A DNA stretch of 64,000 nucleotides, taken from contig JAOAFX010000003.1 of NCBI GenBank assembly GCA_026416055.1, positions 589-64,588 on the forward strand, in the 5' to 3' direction. Source of the stretch: a candidate division WOR-3 bacterium (lineage in GTDB: Bacteria; Hydrothermota; Tepidihabitantia; SM23-42; JAOAFX01). The position numbers were made by a program, and so were the translations under genes. Under the pieces are notes generated by a model. That model saw only the letters and a list, made by a program, of their open reading frames with translations. It searched no databases and was not told where the DNA came from. Positions 29,043 to 37,670 of the stretch are shown here, piece after piece. Every line of letters begins with the position of its first letter. Within the stretch, counting starts at the first letter, position 1.

Positions 29043-29404
29043 TCAGGGGGTGGAATATATATATCAAATGGTTTTTTTATTAACCGCATGATGTGGTTAT
29101 TCTCCACAGGGTCGTATATTTTATCGTTCTCTATCCCTGTATAGAACTTATCGTAGAGATATATTGCTGAAGGATTGCAGCGCAGTAAACGGTCGGTTGC
29201 CATCAATGTGCCCCAGAATATCCCGTGTTTCTCGAGTGCTTCCCTGGCAAAATTAGAACAGGAAGGTGAAAAGTTGCAGACATCACCCTGGGCAGGTGAG
29301 ATAGAGACTTGATACAAACGGATAGCGGTCGTAAAAACAATCTTTACTGGATTCGTCTCTGCCCGGGGTTGATTCTGGATAGACAAAATTATCAGCAGGA
29401 TCAT
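29039..29404 (-). CDS. YidD-family (membrane protein insertion efficiency factor) domain protein with N-terminal hydrophobic segment and C-terminal extension
   Basis: The YidD signature LYQVSISPAQGDVCNFSPSCSNFAREALEKHGIFWGTLMATDRLLRCNP is present. The start was moved to the internal ATG (MILLIILS...). The track start at 29506 would overlap the divergent gene, and the internal ATG sits 7 nt after a TATAAT. Confidence 0.6.
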   Translation of the reverse strand: MILLIILSIQNQPRAETNPVKIVFTTAIRLYQVSISPAQGDVCNFSPSCSNFAREALEKHGIFWGTLMATDRLLRCNPSAIYLYDKFYTGIENDKIYDPVENNHIMRLIKKPFDIYIPPPE

Positions 29405-29496
29405 TGAAATATTATATAAAAAATCAGGATATTGGCAAGGTATAATTAAATTATAATTCTTGACAGGCAGATTTTTAAGGTTATAATAAAAACACA
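29405..29496. promoter_or_regulatory. divergent promoter region; both flanking genes appear to be leaderless
   Basis: On the plus strand, TTGACA (29460-29465), a 16-nt spacer and TATAAT (29482-29487) are followed by the ATG at 29497, about 9 nt downstream, with no SD. On the minus strand, TTGCCA, an 18-nt spacer and TATAAT are followed 7 nt later by the ATG at 29404. Confidence 0.4.
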
Positions 29497-30132
29497 ATGA
29501 CTCCACTATTTTTAACTTTTATATTGCTAACCCAGTATGATTTTACGATTGCTCGATTGAAATATGGTGGTGGTGGAGACTGGTATTGTGACCCGAGTTC
29601 CTTACCCAATCTGCTCAAAGCAATTAACGAAAGAACAACGATTCGTGCCGCCTCAAAAGAAGTGGTGATTGAACTCACTAACCCTGAACTATTTAAATAT
29701 CCTTATCTTTACATGACCGGACATGGCAATGTAAAATTCTCCGATAAAGAGGTGAAGATCTTAAGAGACTATTTGATAAACGGAGGCTTTTTACATGCCG
29801 ATGACTGTTATGGAATGGACTCTTCATTCCGAAGGGAAATGGCAAGGGTCTTTCCCGAGTCACCATTGATTGAATTACCTTTTGACCACCCCATATACCA
29901 TTCTTTTTATGATTTTCCCGATGGTCTACCCAAGATTCATGAGCACGACAATAAACCTGCCCAGGGATTCGGTATATTTTATAACAATCGCCTCGTTGTC
30001 TTTTATTCTTACGAAACCGACCTCGGTGATGGCTGGGAAGACCCGGATGTCCACAATGACCCACCCGAGAAAAGAGAACAGGCACTGCGCATGGGAATAA
30101 ACATTGTAGTATATGCACTCACCCAACAATGA
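29497..30132 (+). CDS. DUF4159-like protein (possible class-I glutamine-amidotransferase-like fold)
   Basis: The motifs ARLKYGGGGDWY...LPNLL...YPYLYMTGHGNVKFSDKEV..LRDYLINGGFLHADDCYG...FRREMARVFPE...PFDHPIYHSFYDF are present. I recognise this string from memory as the DUF4159 signature, unverified. It overlaps the next gene by 4 bp. Confidence 0.5.
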   Translation: MTPLFLTFILLTQYDFTIARLKYGGGGDWYCDPSSLPNLLKAINERTTIRAASKEVVIELTNPELFKYPYLYMTGHGNVKFSDKEVKILRDYLINGGFLHADDCYGMDSSFRREMARVFPESPLIELPFDHPIYHSFYDFPDGLPKIHEHDNKPAQGFGIFYNNRLVVFYSYETDLGDGWEDPDVHNDPPEKREQALRMGINIVVYALTQQ

Positions 30133-33100
30133 ATATAGAAAAAAAGATTCATGAATATGCCTGCAAACAGAATTTGATCGATGCCTTTTCTCTGATTCTG
30201 TTTTCTCTGGGTACGACCTTAATCTCTATCACCGTCTCCCTTTTTTTACTGAAGTCTCCCCTGTACGGGCTCATCGGTCTAATTCCTTTAATATTTTACC
30301 GGCAGAAAGATTTCTACTGTCGGGCTAAGGAACTCGATAGAAAATTGAATGCACGGGGTGAATTGATAAGCAGCGTCCAGATTGCCAGAATTTCTGAAAA
30401 TAGCCGTGAAGGCTATTCAAAAGAGTTGATAGAGGCCTTTGTTGAATCAACCGAAAAAAAATTCCAGAATATAGAGATTAAAAATTTTTTAGATAAAAAA
30501 TTTCTAACCTGGTCGTTTTGTTTTTCACTCATTTCCCTGATGCTGGTTCTTGCGTACCCCGCATTCCTGCCTGAACGGTTCTATTATGCATTGAACCATG
30601 AGATTGGTTATTCAGTAAGACCTGCCTCTGGTGAATTCAATCAAGGTGAAGATATTGATTTAACAATAAATTTCTCTGGAGTATATGTCCCGGATGTGGT
30701 GACATTATTTTACGAAACTGAGACAGCATTTAAAAGAATAAAGCTCCGTGTTGTGGATAATAAAGCAAATATCAGAATGAAAGTCATAGAGCCCTTTACT
30801 TACTATTTCCGATTTTTTGATACCGGCACCGAAGTTTACAGGATAGGTGTGATCGAGCCGATATACTTAAAAGAATTATACTTTACCCTTCATTATCCCG
30901 GATACACAAATCTTCGCGACGAGACAAAAACTGATAGACAATTGATTGCTCCCACCGGAACAAAGGTTGAAATCAAGGGAAGGGCATCACAGATTTTGAA
31001 AGGAGGAAAATTCATTTTTGAAGATACCATTAATCTGCACTGTGATGGGGAGAGATTCTCTGGTTTATTCACGATGACAAAGAGCGGCACTGCAAATATA
31101 TTGATCTCCGGTATTTCTTCCTACAGGGAAGCAATAACACTCTATGCGATACCTGACCTTCCACCACTCGTTGAGATTTTTTTTCCGGGCTATAACATAA
31201 ATATGCCCCCGGATATGAAGATTACCATCGGATTAAAATGCAGTGATGACTATGGTCTGCACAGGGTGAGTCTGAACTATAATTTTAGAGATAGCAGGCA
31301 GATCAACTTGCAGTTCAAAAAAGGGAGTTTTGAAGATACAATTTTTTATGACTGGGATTTGAATAGCCTAAGAATGCTTCCCGGCGACAGGGTCTCCTAC
31401 TTCGTTGAGGTTGAAGATAATGCCGGACAAATTGCAAAGAGCAAGACATATTACATATTCTTCCCGACGATGGAACAAATATATGAAGAGGTAAAAGAAA
31501 GGGAAGGATTAATTCAGACTGATTTGCAAGATTTAGAAAAAGTCCATAAGGAAGGGATGAGCGAAGTGAAAAAGATTGAAGAGAAATTAAAACGGGAAAG
31601 GGAATTATCCTATCTCGATACTGAAAAATTAAAAGAAATAATTGTTAGAGAGGAGAATGTATTGAAGAAGATTGAAGAATGGCAGCTGGAATTGGAAAAT
31701 ACAATTGAAAAATTAAAAAGTGGCATTTTGCTCGATCAGAAATCGATTGAACGATTACAGGAGATCACTAAAATCCTGCAGGAGATTGCACCTGAGGAAT
31801 TGAAGCGGGCGCTTGAGAATTTAAAACACGCAATAAATAAAAATCCTGAAGAGATAAAAAAGGCAATGGAACAATTGAAAGAGGCACAGGAGGAACTGGC
31901 AAAGGCGCTGGAAAGAACTCTGGAACTATTGAAGAGATATCAACAGGAAGAAAAATTGAGGGAACTTGCTGAAAAGACACAAAGACTTGCAGAACATGCC
32001 GGAGATTTAAAAGAACTGGAAAAATTTAAAGGCACTGAAGGTTTGAAAGAATCGATGGATAGCCTTTATCGTGCGATCGACAGCCTTGCCCGGGAACTTG
32101 AGAAACTTGCTCAATCCGAAGGACTGGAGCAGGAGATATCTGAAAAGTTGAGAGAATCATCAAAAAAAGCCTATTCAATGGCACAAGGGCAGGGTATGAA
32201 GATTGAAGATTTAAAGAAAGGGCTGGAAAAACTTGCCACTGATTTACAGAGGATGTATGAGGAACTCACCCGTGGCCGGATGGCAAATTTGAGAAAGAAT
32301 TTGCTCGAAACTCTCAATCAGCTTGTAGAATTATCAAAACTTGAAGAAGAATTACTCAAATTAGAAAAAATAGATCCTGACCGACAATCAGATATTGCTC
32401 GTGCCACAAAAGAAGTAGCAGAAAGCCTTTATTCCCAGCAGGTTAAGAGTATCTATGTTGGTCCGGAGATTGGAAAAAGATTGAGCCGGGCATTGAAGGA
32501 AATGGAAATGGCATCGTTAAATCCAGCAACTGCAGGAAAAATCCATGCCCGTGAAGCAATGAAGCAGTTAAATCTCGCCGGGCTCTCAATCCTCCAGAGT
32601 TTGAAAAGAGCCGGCGAAGGGAGTGGTTCATCAACCGGTATGGATGAGTTTTTAAAAAATCTATCCGCATTAACCCAGAGCCAGATGAGTATCGGTCAGT
32701 CGCTATTCAATCTTTTCCCCATCTCAGTGAGTGGATTAACCCCTGAACAGATGATGCAGATTCAGCGCCTTGCTGGAAAGCAAAGGGAATTGAGAGAAGC
32801 GCTGGAGTCTTTAAAAAGCTCTCCTGAAGCCGGTGGATTCCGGGAATTGCTTGATAATCTTTCCGAGGAGATGAAAGAAATGGAAGAAGCACTATATCAG
32901 TATAAAATTGATAGAAAACTAATTGAGCGCCAGCAACTCATAATCTCAAGATTACTCGATGCTGAACGCTCAATAAGGCAGGAGGACTGGACAAAGGACC
33001 GTAAAAGCCGACCTGGTGAAGATGTCAAACGGCCTTCACCCGCCCCATTATCCGAAGACCTGGGTAAAGATGAATTGCTGGAAGTCATCCAGCGCGCATT

Positions 33101-33173
33101 AAAACAACCTTATCCTGAAGAGTATGAGATATATATAAGGGAATATTTCCGGGCGCTACTGGAGGAAGAATGA
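30129..33173 (+). CDS. giant membrane-anchored protein: N-terminal TM hairpin plus third TM, about 300-aa beta-rich domain, about 550-aa coiled coil (DUF4175-like?)
   Basis: The TMs are at about residues 19-56 and 130-150. The region 150-450 is beta-rich. From about 450 to the end it is continuous heptad-rich E/K/L sequence. Length is 1014 aa. It overlaps the next gene by 4 bp. Confidence 0.6.
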   Translation: MNIEKKIHEYACKQNLIDAFSLILFSLGTTLISITVSLFLLKSPLYGLIGLIPLIFYRQKDFYCRAKELDRKLNARGELISSVQIARISENSREGYSKELIEAFVESTEKKFQNIEIKNFLDKKFLTWSFCFSLISLMLVLAYPAFLPERFYYALNHEIGYSVRPASGEFNQGEDIDLTINFSGVYVPDVVTLFYETETAFKRIKLRVVDNKANIRMKVIEPFTYYFRFFDTGTEVYRIGVIEPIYLKELYFTLHYPGYTNLRDETKTDRQLIAPTGTKVEIKGRASQILKGGKFIFEDTINLHCDGERFSGLFTMTKSGTANILISGISSYREAITLYAIPDLPPLVEIFFPGYNINMPPDMKITIGLKCSDDYGLHRVSLNYNFRDSRQINLQFKKGSFEDTIFYDWDLNSLRMLPGDRVSYFVEVEDNAGQIAKSKTYYIFFPTMEQIYEEVKEREGLIQTDLQDLEKVHKEGMSEVKKIEEKLKRERELSYLDTEKLKEIIVREENVLKKIEEWQLELENTIEKLKSGILLDQKSIERLQEITKILQEIAPEELKRALENLKHAINKNPEEIKKAMEQLKEAQEELAKALERTLELLKRYQQEEKLRELAEKTQRLAEHAGDLKELEKFKGTEGLKESMDSLYRAIDSLARELEKLAQSEGLEQEISEKLRESSKKAYSMAQGQGMKIEDLKKGLEKLATDLQRMYEELTRGRMANLRKNLLETLNQLVELSKLEEELLKLEKIDPDRQSDIARATKEVAESLYSQQVKSIYVGPEIGKRLSRALKEMEMASLNPATAGKIHAREAMKQLNLAGLSILQSLKRAGEGSGSSTGMDEFLKNLSALTQSQMSIGQSLFNLFPISVSGLTPEQMMQIQRLAGKQRELREALESLKSSPEAGGFRELLDNLSEEMKEMEEALYQYKIDRKLIERQQLIISRLLDAERSIRQEDWTKDRKSRPGEDVKRPSPAPLSEDLGKDELLEVIQRALKQPYPEEYEIYIREYFRALLEEE

Positions 33174-33880
33174 TCCTCTTTTTTGTATGGCAATCCCTCA
33201 CATCTTTAGATTCTCTTCAGAATCTACTGGCTGCAGATTTTAAATTTAAATACATCATTGAATCGAACAGTGCATACTTAAAAGCAGGTCTATTCGATAG
33301 CGCCTGCAGTTTTTTAAAGAAATACGAATCCTGGCTCGGTTTTGAAGAACAGGCACAAATTAATTTTCTCATGGGTGATAACCTTTTTTTCAAAACCGAT
33401 TTATTCGCGGCTCGTGAACAGTATCTCAAGACCGTTGCAAAATATTCAAATGCAAAATATGCCAATGATGCCCTTGAAAGGCTACATCTCTTTGAATCGG
33501 CACGAAAGGATACTGTGATGCTTAAACGACTGGCAAGGGGTATCTATTTGTATGAGATTAAAGAATTAAAATTGGCTGAGGATAGTTTAAAAAATCTTAT
33601 AAAGACCGATATCGGTGATTATGCACTGTATTATCTTGCCCTTGTCTATAATCAAAAAGATGAGTATAACCAGGCACTATCGGCTATTGAACAATTACAA
33701 AAAGATTTTCCAGCATCACGTATCCATCAGGCACGGCTCCTTGTTGCCGAGATATATTTAAAAATTGGAAAGGAAAAAGAGGCAGTAAAAATACTGGAGG
33801 AAATGGTCGTCAAACATCCCAATACTCCATCGGGTATCAGGTCAAAGGAGATTTTAAAAAAACTTTCCAATTTGCGGTAG
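33170..33880 (+). CDS. TPR-repeat protein
   Basis: TPR-like repeats run throughout. It is translationally coupled to the preceding giant gene. Confidence 0.6.
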   Translation: MILFFVWQSLTSLDSLQNLLAADFKFKYIIESNSAYLKAGLFDSACSFLKKYESWLGFEEQAQINFLMGDNLFFKTDLFAAREQYLKTVAKYSNAKYANDALERLHLFESARKDTVMLKRLARGIYLYEIKELKLAEDSLKNLIKTDIGDYALYYLALVYNQKDEYNQALSAIEQLQKDFPASRIHQARLLVAEIYLKIGKEKEAVKILEEMVVKHPNTPSGIRSKEILKKLSNLR

Positions 33881-33884
33881 TGCT

Positions 33885-33912
33885 TGACATTGAGGAGAAA
33901 ATATATATAATC
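33885..33912 (+). promoter_or_regulatory. sigma-70-type promoter for the ferredoxin gene
   Basis: The elements are TTGACA, a 16-nt spacer and TATAAT. The SD sequence AAAGGAGG lies upstream of the ATG at 33935. Confidence 0.45.
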
Positions 33913-33934
33913 TTTCACCTTAAAAGGAGGCAAA

Positions 33935-34141
33935 ATGGCTTATAAAATCACCGATGAATGCACAGCATGTGGTCTGTGTGCACCAGAGTGTCCGGTCCAG
34001 GCGATAAGCGAAGGTGATCCTATATATGTGATTGATTTTAATAAGTGCGTGGAATGTGTGGGGCATTTTGATGAGCCACAGTGTGCTGCAGTCTGTCCGG
34101 TCGGTGCTTGTGTTCCCGACCCTGAGCATCCAAGAAAATAG
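33935..34141 (+). CDS. fdx: 2[4Fe-4S] ferredoxin
   Basis: There are two CxxCxxCxxxCP clusters ([12 protein letters not shown] and [18 protein letters not shown]). Length is 68 aa. Confidence 0.85.
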   Translation: MAYKITDECTACGLCAPECPVQAISEGDPIYVIDFNKCVECVGHFDEPQCAAVCPVGACVPDPEHPRK

Positions 34142-34178
34142 TTGATATTTACAGGGTTCGAGAATCCAGTAAGTTCTA

Positions 34179-34206
34179 TTGACAAATTTAAAATTTGGAT
34201 TATAAT
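34179..34206 (+). promoter_or_regulatory. sigma-70-type promoter for tRNA-Ile
   Basis: The elements are TTGACA, a 16-nt spacer and TATAAT, about 30 nt upstream of the tRNA. Confidence 0.45.
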
Positions 34207-34236
34207 TTACTCGGTTTATTCAGTTAAAATTTAAAT

Positions 34237-34310
<74 letters not shown>

Positions 34311-34335
34311 TGAGCGAGGAACAAGGAGGTAAAAT

Positions 34336-34611
34336 ATGAAGAATCTCGCAACACTGCTGATTATTGTGTTTGCCTTTGCAATAATCGGCTGCCAACCACC
34401 ACAACAGACAAATGTGGTGACGACTGAACAACTGGATGCGGTAAAATCTGAAATCAGTGCACTGAAAAACCAGGTTCAGAATCTTCAAACTGCACTTGAT
34501 TCGCTTACCGCAAATTACAATGCGCATCTTGATAAATATCACAAAGGTATGCCAAAACCACCAGCAGGTGGTGGAACTGGTGGCGGGCTAAAAACACCAA
34601 CTCAGAAATAG
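34336..34611 (+). CDS. small coiled-coil lipoprotein with C-terminal Lys (Braun Lpp-like)
   Basis: AAGGAGG precedes the gene. The lipobox is AIIGC. A coiled-coil segment LDAVKSEISALKNQVQNLQTALDSL is present. There is a Gly-rich tail ending in K. Confidence 0.6.
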   Translation: MKNLATLLIIVFAFAIIGCQPPQQTNVVTTEQLDAVKSEISALKNQVQNLQTALDSLTANYNAHLDKYHKGMPKPPAGGGTGGGLKTPTQK

Positions 34612-34620
34612 GAGGAAAAA

Positions 34621-35400
34621 ATGAAAAAGTTTTTATCTTTTCCCTTGTTAATAACGCTACTTATTTTCATCGGCTGCGAAAAAGAAGTTACACTGGAGAC
34701 GCCAGATGTTACTTATACTGTAGCTACTGATGACAAGGGAGGCACCCTTAAATTAGAATGGGATGAAATTACTGATGCCGACGGATATATCATCTATGCG
34801 GATGGAGAAGTGATAGATACGGTCACCGAGCTTTCATATGATGCGACGACACCTGCTGCATTATATGAAGTGTCTGCCTATGCAGGAGATCAGGAGAGTG
34901 GCAAAGATCGGATCGATTGCGGAGCAGTTGAAACTCCTTCTTTGACTGTCTATGGTAGTTCAGATCCGGATACCACCCATCCAAGTGGCTTTGGTTTCAA
35001 TGCCCAGGGAAACGCCGTCGCCTATTCAATAAGCAACCAGAACAACTGGCCCTTGATTGATTACTGGATTTACAGTACAGCAGGCGGGGCAACGATTAAA
35101 TTTGTCTCACCAAGTGACAGGACTCCACCTTTAAATAACGAAGTTAATGTTACAAAAAATAGTGGACAATCTAATTACGATGATGTCAAAATTGCAGACC
35201 CACCAGGTGGTTATTCTACACAGACCGATGTCAGAAGCGGTGCAGTCTATTACTTCTGGATCGATCCCACAAACAATGGCTGGGACGCTTCAACAGATCA
35301 TTTTGGTAAAATTCAGGTCCAGGGAATTAATGGAGTACAGCTCACACTCAAAATTGCTTATCAACCAATCGCTGGATTACGCTGGTGTGTAGTTGAGTAA
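34621..35400 (+). CDS. lipoprotein with FN3-like domain, hypothetical
   Basis: GGAGG precedes the gene. The lipobox is LIFIGC. The segment LKLEWDEITDADGYIIYADGEV...YEVSAYAGDQESG is FN3-like. Confidence 0.6.
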   Translation: MKKFLSFPLLITLLIFIGCEKEVTLETPDVTYTVATDDKGGTLKLEWDEITDADGYIIYADGEVIDTVTELSYDATTPAALYEVSAYAGDQESGKDRIDCGAVETPSLTVYGSSDPDTTHPSGFGFNAQGNAVAYSISNQNNWPLIDYWIYSTAGGATIKFVSPSDRTPPLNNEVNVTKNSGQSNYDDVKIADPPGGYSTQTDVRSGAVYYFWIDPTNNGWDASTDHFGKIQVQGINGVQLTLKIAYQPIAGLRWCVVE

Positions 35401-35419
35401 AAGATAAGTCTCTAAAAAA

Positions 35420-35445
35420 GGGCGGGGTTTTCCCGCCCTTTTTTA
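35420..35445. terminator. rho-independent terminator
   Basis: The hairpin is GGGCGGG-gtttt-CCCGCCC, followed by TTTTTTATTT. Confidence 0.7.
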
Positions 35446-35460
35446 TTTGTAATCCTCTTC

Positions 35461-35488
35461 TTGACTTCAATACTGTCTTCTTTATAAT
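35461..35488 (+). promoter_or_regulatory. promoter for nadE; the transcript appears to be leaderless
   Basis: The elements are TTGACT, a 16-nt spacer and TATAAT. The ATG at 35495 lies 6 nt after the -10, and there is no SD. Confidence 0.4.
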
Positions 35489-35494
35489 TGCAAT

Positions 35495-37135
35495 ATGAAA
35501 ATCACCCTTGCCCAGTTAAATCCGATAGTCGGTGATGTAGATGGAAATGTAAACAAAATAATCCAAACCTTAAAACAGACTCAGGCAGAAAATTCGGATT
35601 TGATCGTCTTTCCTGAGCTATTCTTATCCGGCTATCCCCCACTCGATCTGCTGGAAAGAAAATGGTTTATTAAAAAAATTGAGAAGGCAATAGGTGAAAT
35701 AGTGACAATATCTTCATTCTATCCGAACACTGGAATAATTTTCGGAGCGCCGTTATTCTCCTATAAAGACACTGGCAGAGGTCTTTATAATTCAGCGATA
35801 CTTGTCTATCGTGGCCTGATCAATCATATCCAGCATAAATCCCTTTTACCAACTTATGATGTCTTTGATGAAGCAAGATATTTTGACCCTGCTTCAGATA
35901 TAAAACCCATCCAGTTCAAAGAAGAGGTGCTTGGTATTTCAATATGTGAAGACGCCTGGAATATTCCAGAATTATGGCACAGGCAGTTTTACGACCGCAA
36001 TCCAATTCAGACCCTCATCCAGCGTGGTGCTTCAATCTTAATCAACATTTCGGCATCACCATTTACAGTTGATAAAGAAAAGATTCGCTTCAGGATTTTA
36101 CAGGAGCATACGCAAAAGTATCGTGTGCCTTTTGTGTTTGTAAACCAGGTAGGAGCCAATGATGAGTTGATATTCGATGGCAGGAGTATGTTTCTGGATA
36201 ACGATGGACTGCCGGTTGAAATATTCCCGGCATTTACCGAATGTATAAAAACAATCGATACCAACAAAAAAGGAAATGCAGAAAATTATAAACCACTTGA
36301 TGATATTGAGAGTGTCTACAATGCGCTGGTGCTTGGTGTCCGCGATTATTTGCAAAAATGCGGGTTTGAAAAAGTGGTGATTGGGCTCTCAGGTGGTATT
36401 GACTCAGCGCTTGTTGCCTGTATTGCGGTGGAAGCCATAGGAAAAGAAAATGTCCTTGGTGTTGCTATGCCAGGACCATTCTCTTCCAGGGAAAGTGTTG
36501 AAGATTCAAAAAAGCTTGCAAAAAATCTTGATATAGAACTAAAAATAATTCCAATAACCGATGTCTATTTTTCATATCTCAATTCACTCAAAGAAATTTT
36601 CAAAGATAAAGAGTTTGACACCACTGAAGAAAATATACAGGCACGGATAAGGGGCAACATTCTAATGGCAATATCTAATAAATTTGGGCATCTGGTCCTG
36701 ACGACTGGAAATAAAAGCGAAATGGCGGTCGGTTACTGCACTCTCTATGGTGATATGAGTGGTGGGCTGGCAGTGATTGCGGATATTCCCAAAACCATGG
36801 TTTATAAAATTGCAAAATTTATCAACCGCGATAAAACGCTGATACCTGACGAAATAATTAAAAAACTTCCATCTGCCGAATTGAGGCCGAATCAACTTGA
36901 CCAGGATACCCTGCCACCTTATGAAATCCTCGATCCAATTCTCCAGATGTATATTGAAGATGGTTTATCCCGGGAAGAGATTGTTGCCCGGGGCTACAAA
37001 GAAGAAATCGTTGACTGGGTGATAAAAGCGGTAAACAAAAATGAATATAAGAGGCGTCAGGCACCTCCAGTTTTAAAGGTCACTTCCAAGGCATTTGGAC
37101 CGGGACGAAGAATGCCTGTTGCAGCGAAGTTTTAA
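35495..37135 (+). CDS. nadE: glutamine-dependent NAD+ synthetase (CN-hydrolase + NAD synthetase domains)
   Basis: The N-terminus is a nitrilase-type domain (MKITLAQLNP...). The PP-loop GLSGGIDSAL is present. Length is 546 aa. Confidence 0.9.
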   Translation: MKITLAQLNPIVGDVDGNVNKIIQTLKQTQAENSDLIVFPELFLSGYPPLDLLERKWFIKKIEKAIGEIVTISSFYPNTGIIFGAPLFSYKDTGRGLYNSAILVYRGLINHIQHKSLLPTYDVFDEARYFDPASDIKPIQFKEEVLGISICEDAWNIPELWHRQFYDRNPIQTLIQRGASILINISASPFTVDKEKIRFRILQEHTQKYRVPFVFVNQVGANDELIFDGRSMFLDNDGLPVEIFPAFTECIKTIDTNKKGNAENYKPLDDIESVYNALVLGVRDYLQKCGFEKVVIGLSGGIDSALVACIAVEAIGKENVLGVAMPGPFSSRESVEDSKKLAKNLDIELKIIPITDVYFSYLNSLKEIFKDKEFDTTEENIQARIRGNILMAISNKFGHLVLTTGNKSEMAVGYCTLYGDMSGGLAVIADIPKTMVYKIAKFINRDKTLIPDEIIKKLPSAELRPNQLDQDTLPPYEILDPILQMYIEDGLSREEIVARGYKEEIVDWVIKAVNKNEYKRRQAPPVLKVTSKAFGPGRRMPVAAKF

Positions 37136-37142
37136 AAATTAA

Positions 37143-37167
37143 AAAGGTGGGCATGAAGCCCACCTTT
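37143..37167. terminator. bidirectional rho-independent terminator between nadE and the convergent OMP gene
   Basis: The hairpin is GGTGGGC-atgaa-GCCCACC. It is flanked by an A-run and a T-run, and is strongest for the minus-strand gene. Confidence 0.65.
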
Positions 37168-37190
37168 AACCAGATCGATTCAATGTTCAA

Positions 37191-37670
37191 TCAAAATCCC
37201 AATTTCAGTGGGAATCTCAGTCCGCCCATTATATTAATCGGCATATAACTCGAGCCCTGGTCTGGTTTAATCAACTCGAGGTTCCCTTCAAGATAACCTG
37301 TCATATTACCAAATCCCACTTCCCCACCAATGCCGCCTTTGATTGTGAAATGAAAATCCTTCACAAACCATACTCCCGCAACCACATATGGCTGAACTGG
37401 TACTGGTAAGGGCAGCATGATCAATAAATCAGTACCGGTGAAAGTGCCTAACGACATCGGCGTGTTTTCCTTAAAATCAATTTCGGCAAGAAAGCACCGG
37501 GCTTTGAAAATTGGCAGTAGACCCAAAATAGCATCAGCCTTTGCTCCAAAATAGGCACCTCCCCCTTCTTCATCAGTAATATCCTGATAAGCAGCGCTAA
37601 GGCCTATGGTCAGACCGTACACTCCACTCAGCAGTGCCATTGCCAAGACCGTCAGAAGCCATTTTTTCAT
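37191..37670 (-). CDS. small outer-membrane beta-barrel protein (OmpW/OmpA-like barrel)
   Basis: The signal peptide is MKKWLLTVLAMALLSGVYG. Alternating beta strands are present. The C-terminal residue is Phe. Confidence 0.65.
   Translation of the reverse strand: MKKWLLTVLAMALLSGVYGLTIGLSAAYQDITDEEGGGAYFGAKADAILGLLPIFKARCFLAEIDFKENTPMSLGTFTGTDLLIMLPLPVPVQPYVVAGVWFVKDFHFTIKGGIGGEVGFGNMTGYLEGNLELIKPDQGSSYMPINIMGGLRFPLKLGF

Noticed and set aside
30129-33173. Considered whether the 1014-aa protein is a BatD/BatA-type aerotolerance protein or an SMC-like ATPase
   Set aside because: It has no Walker motifs and no vWA domain. Only TM, beta and coiled-coil architecture is present, so it was kept as uncharacterised.
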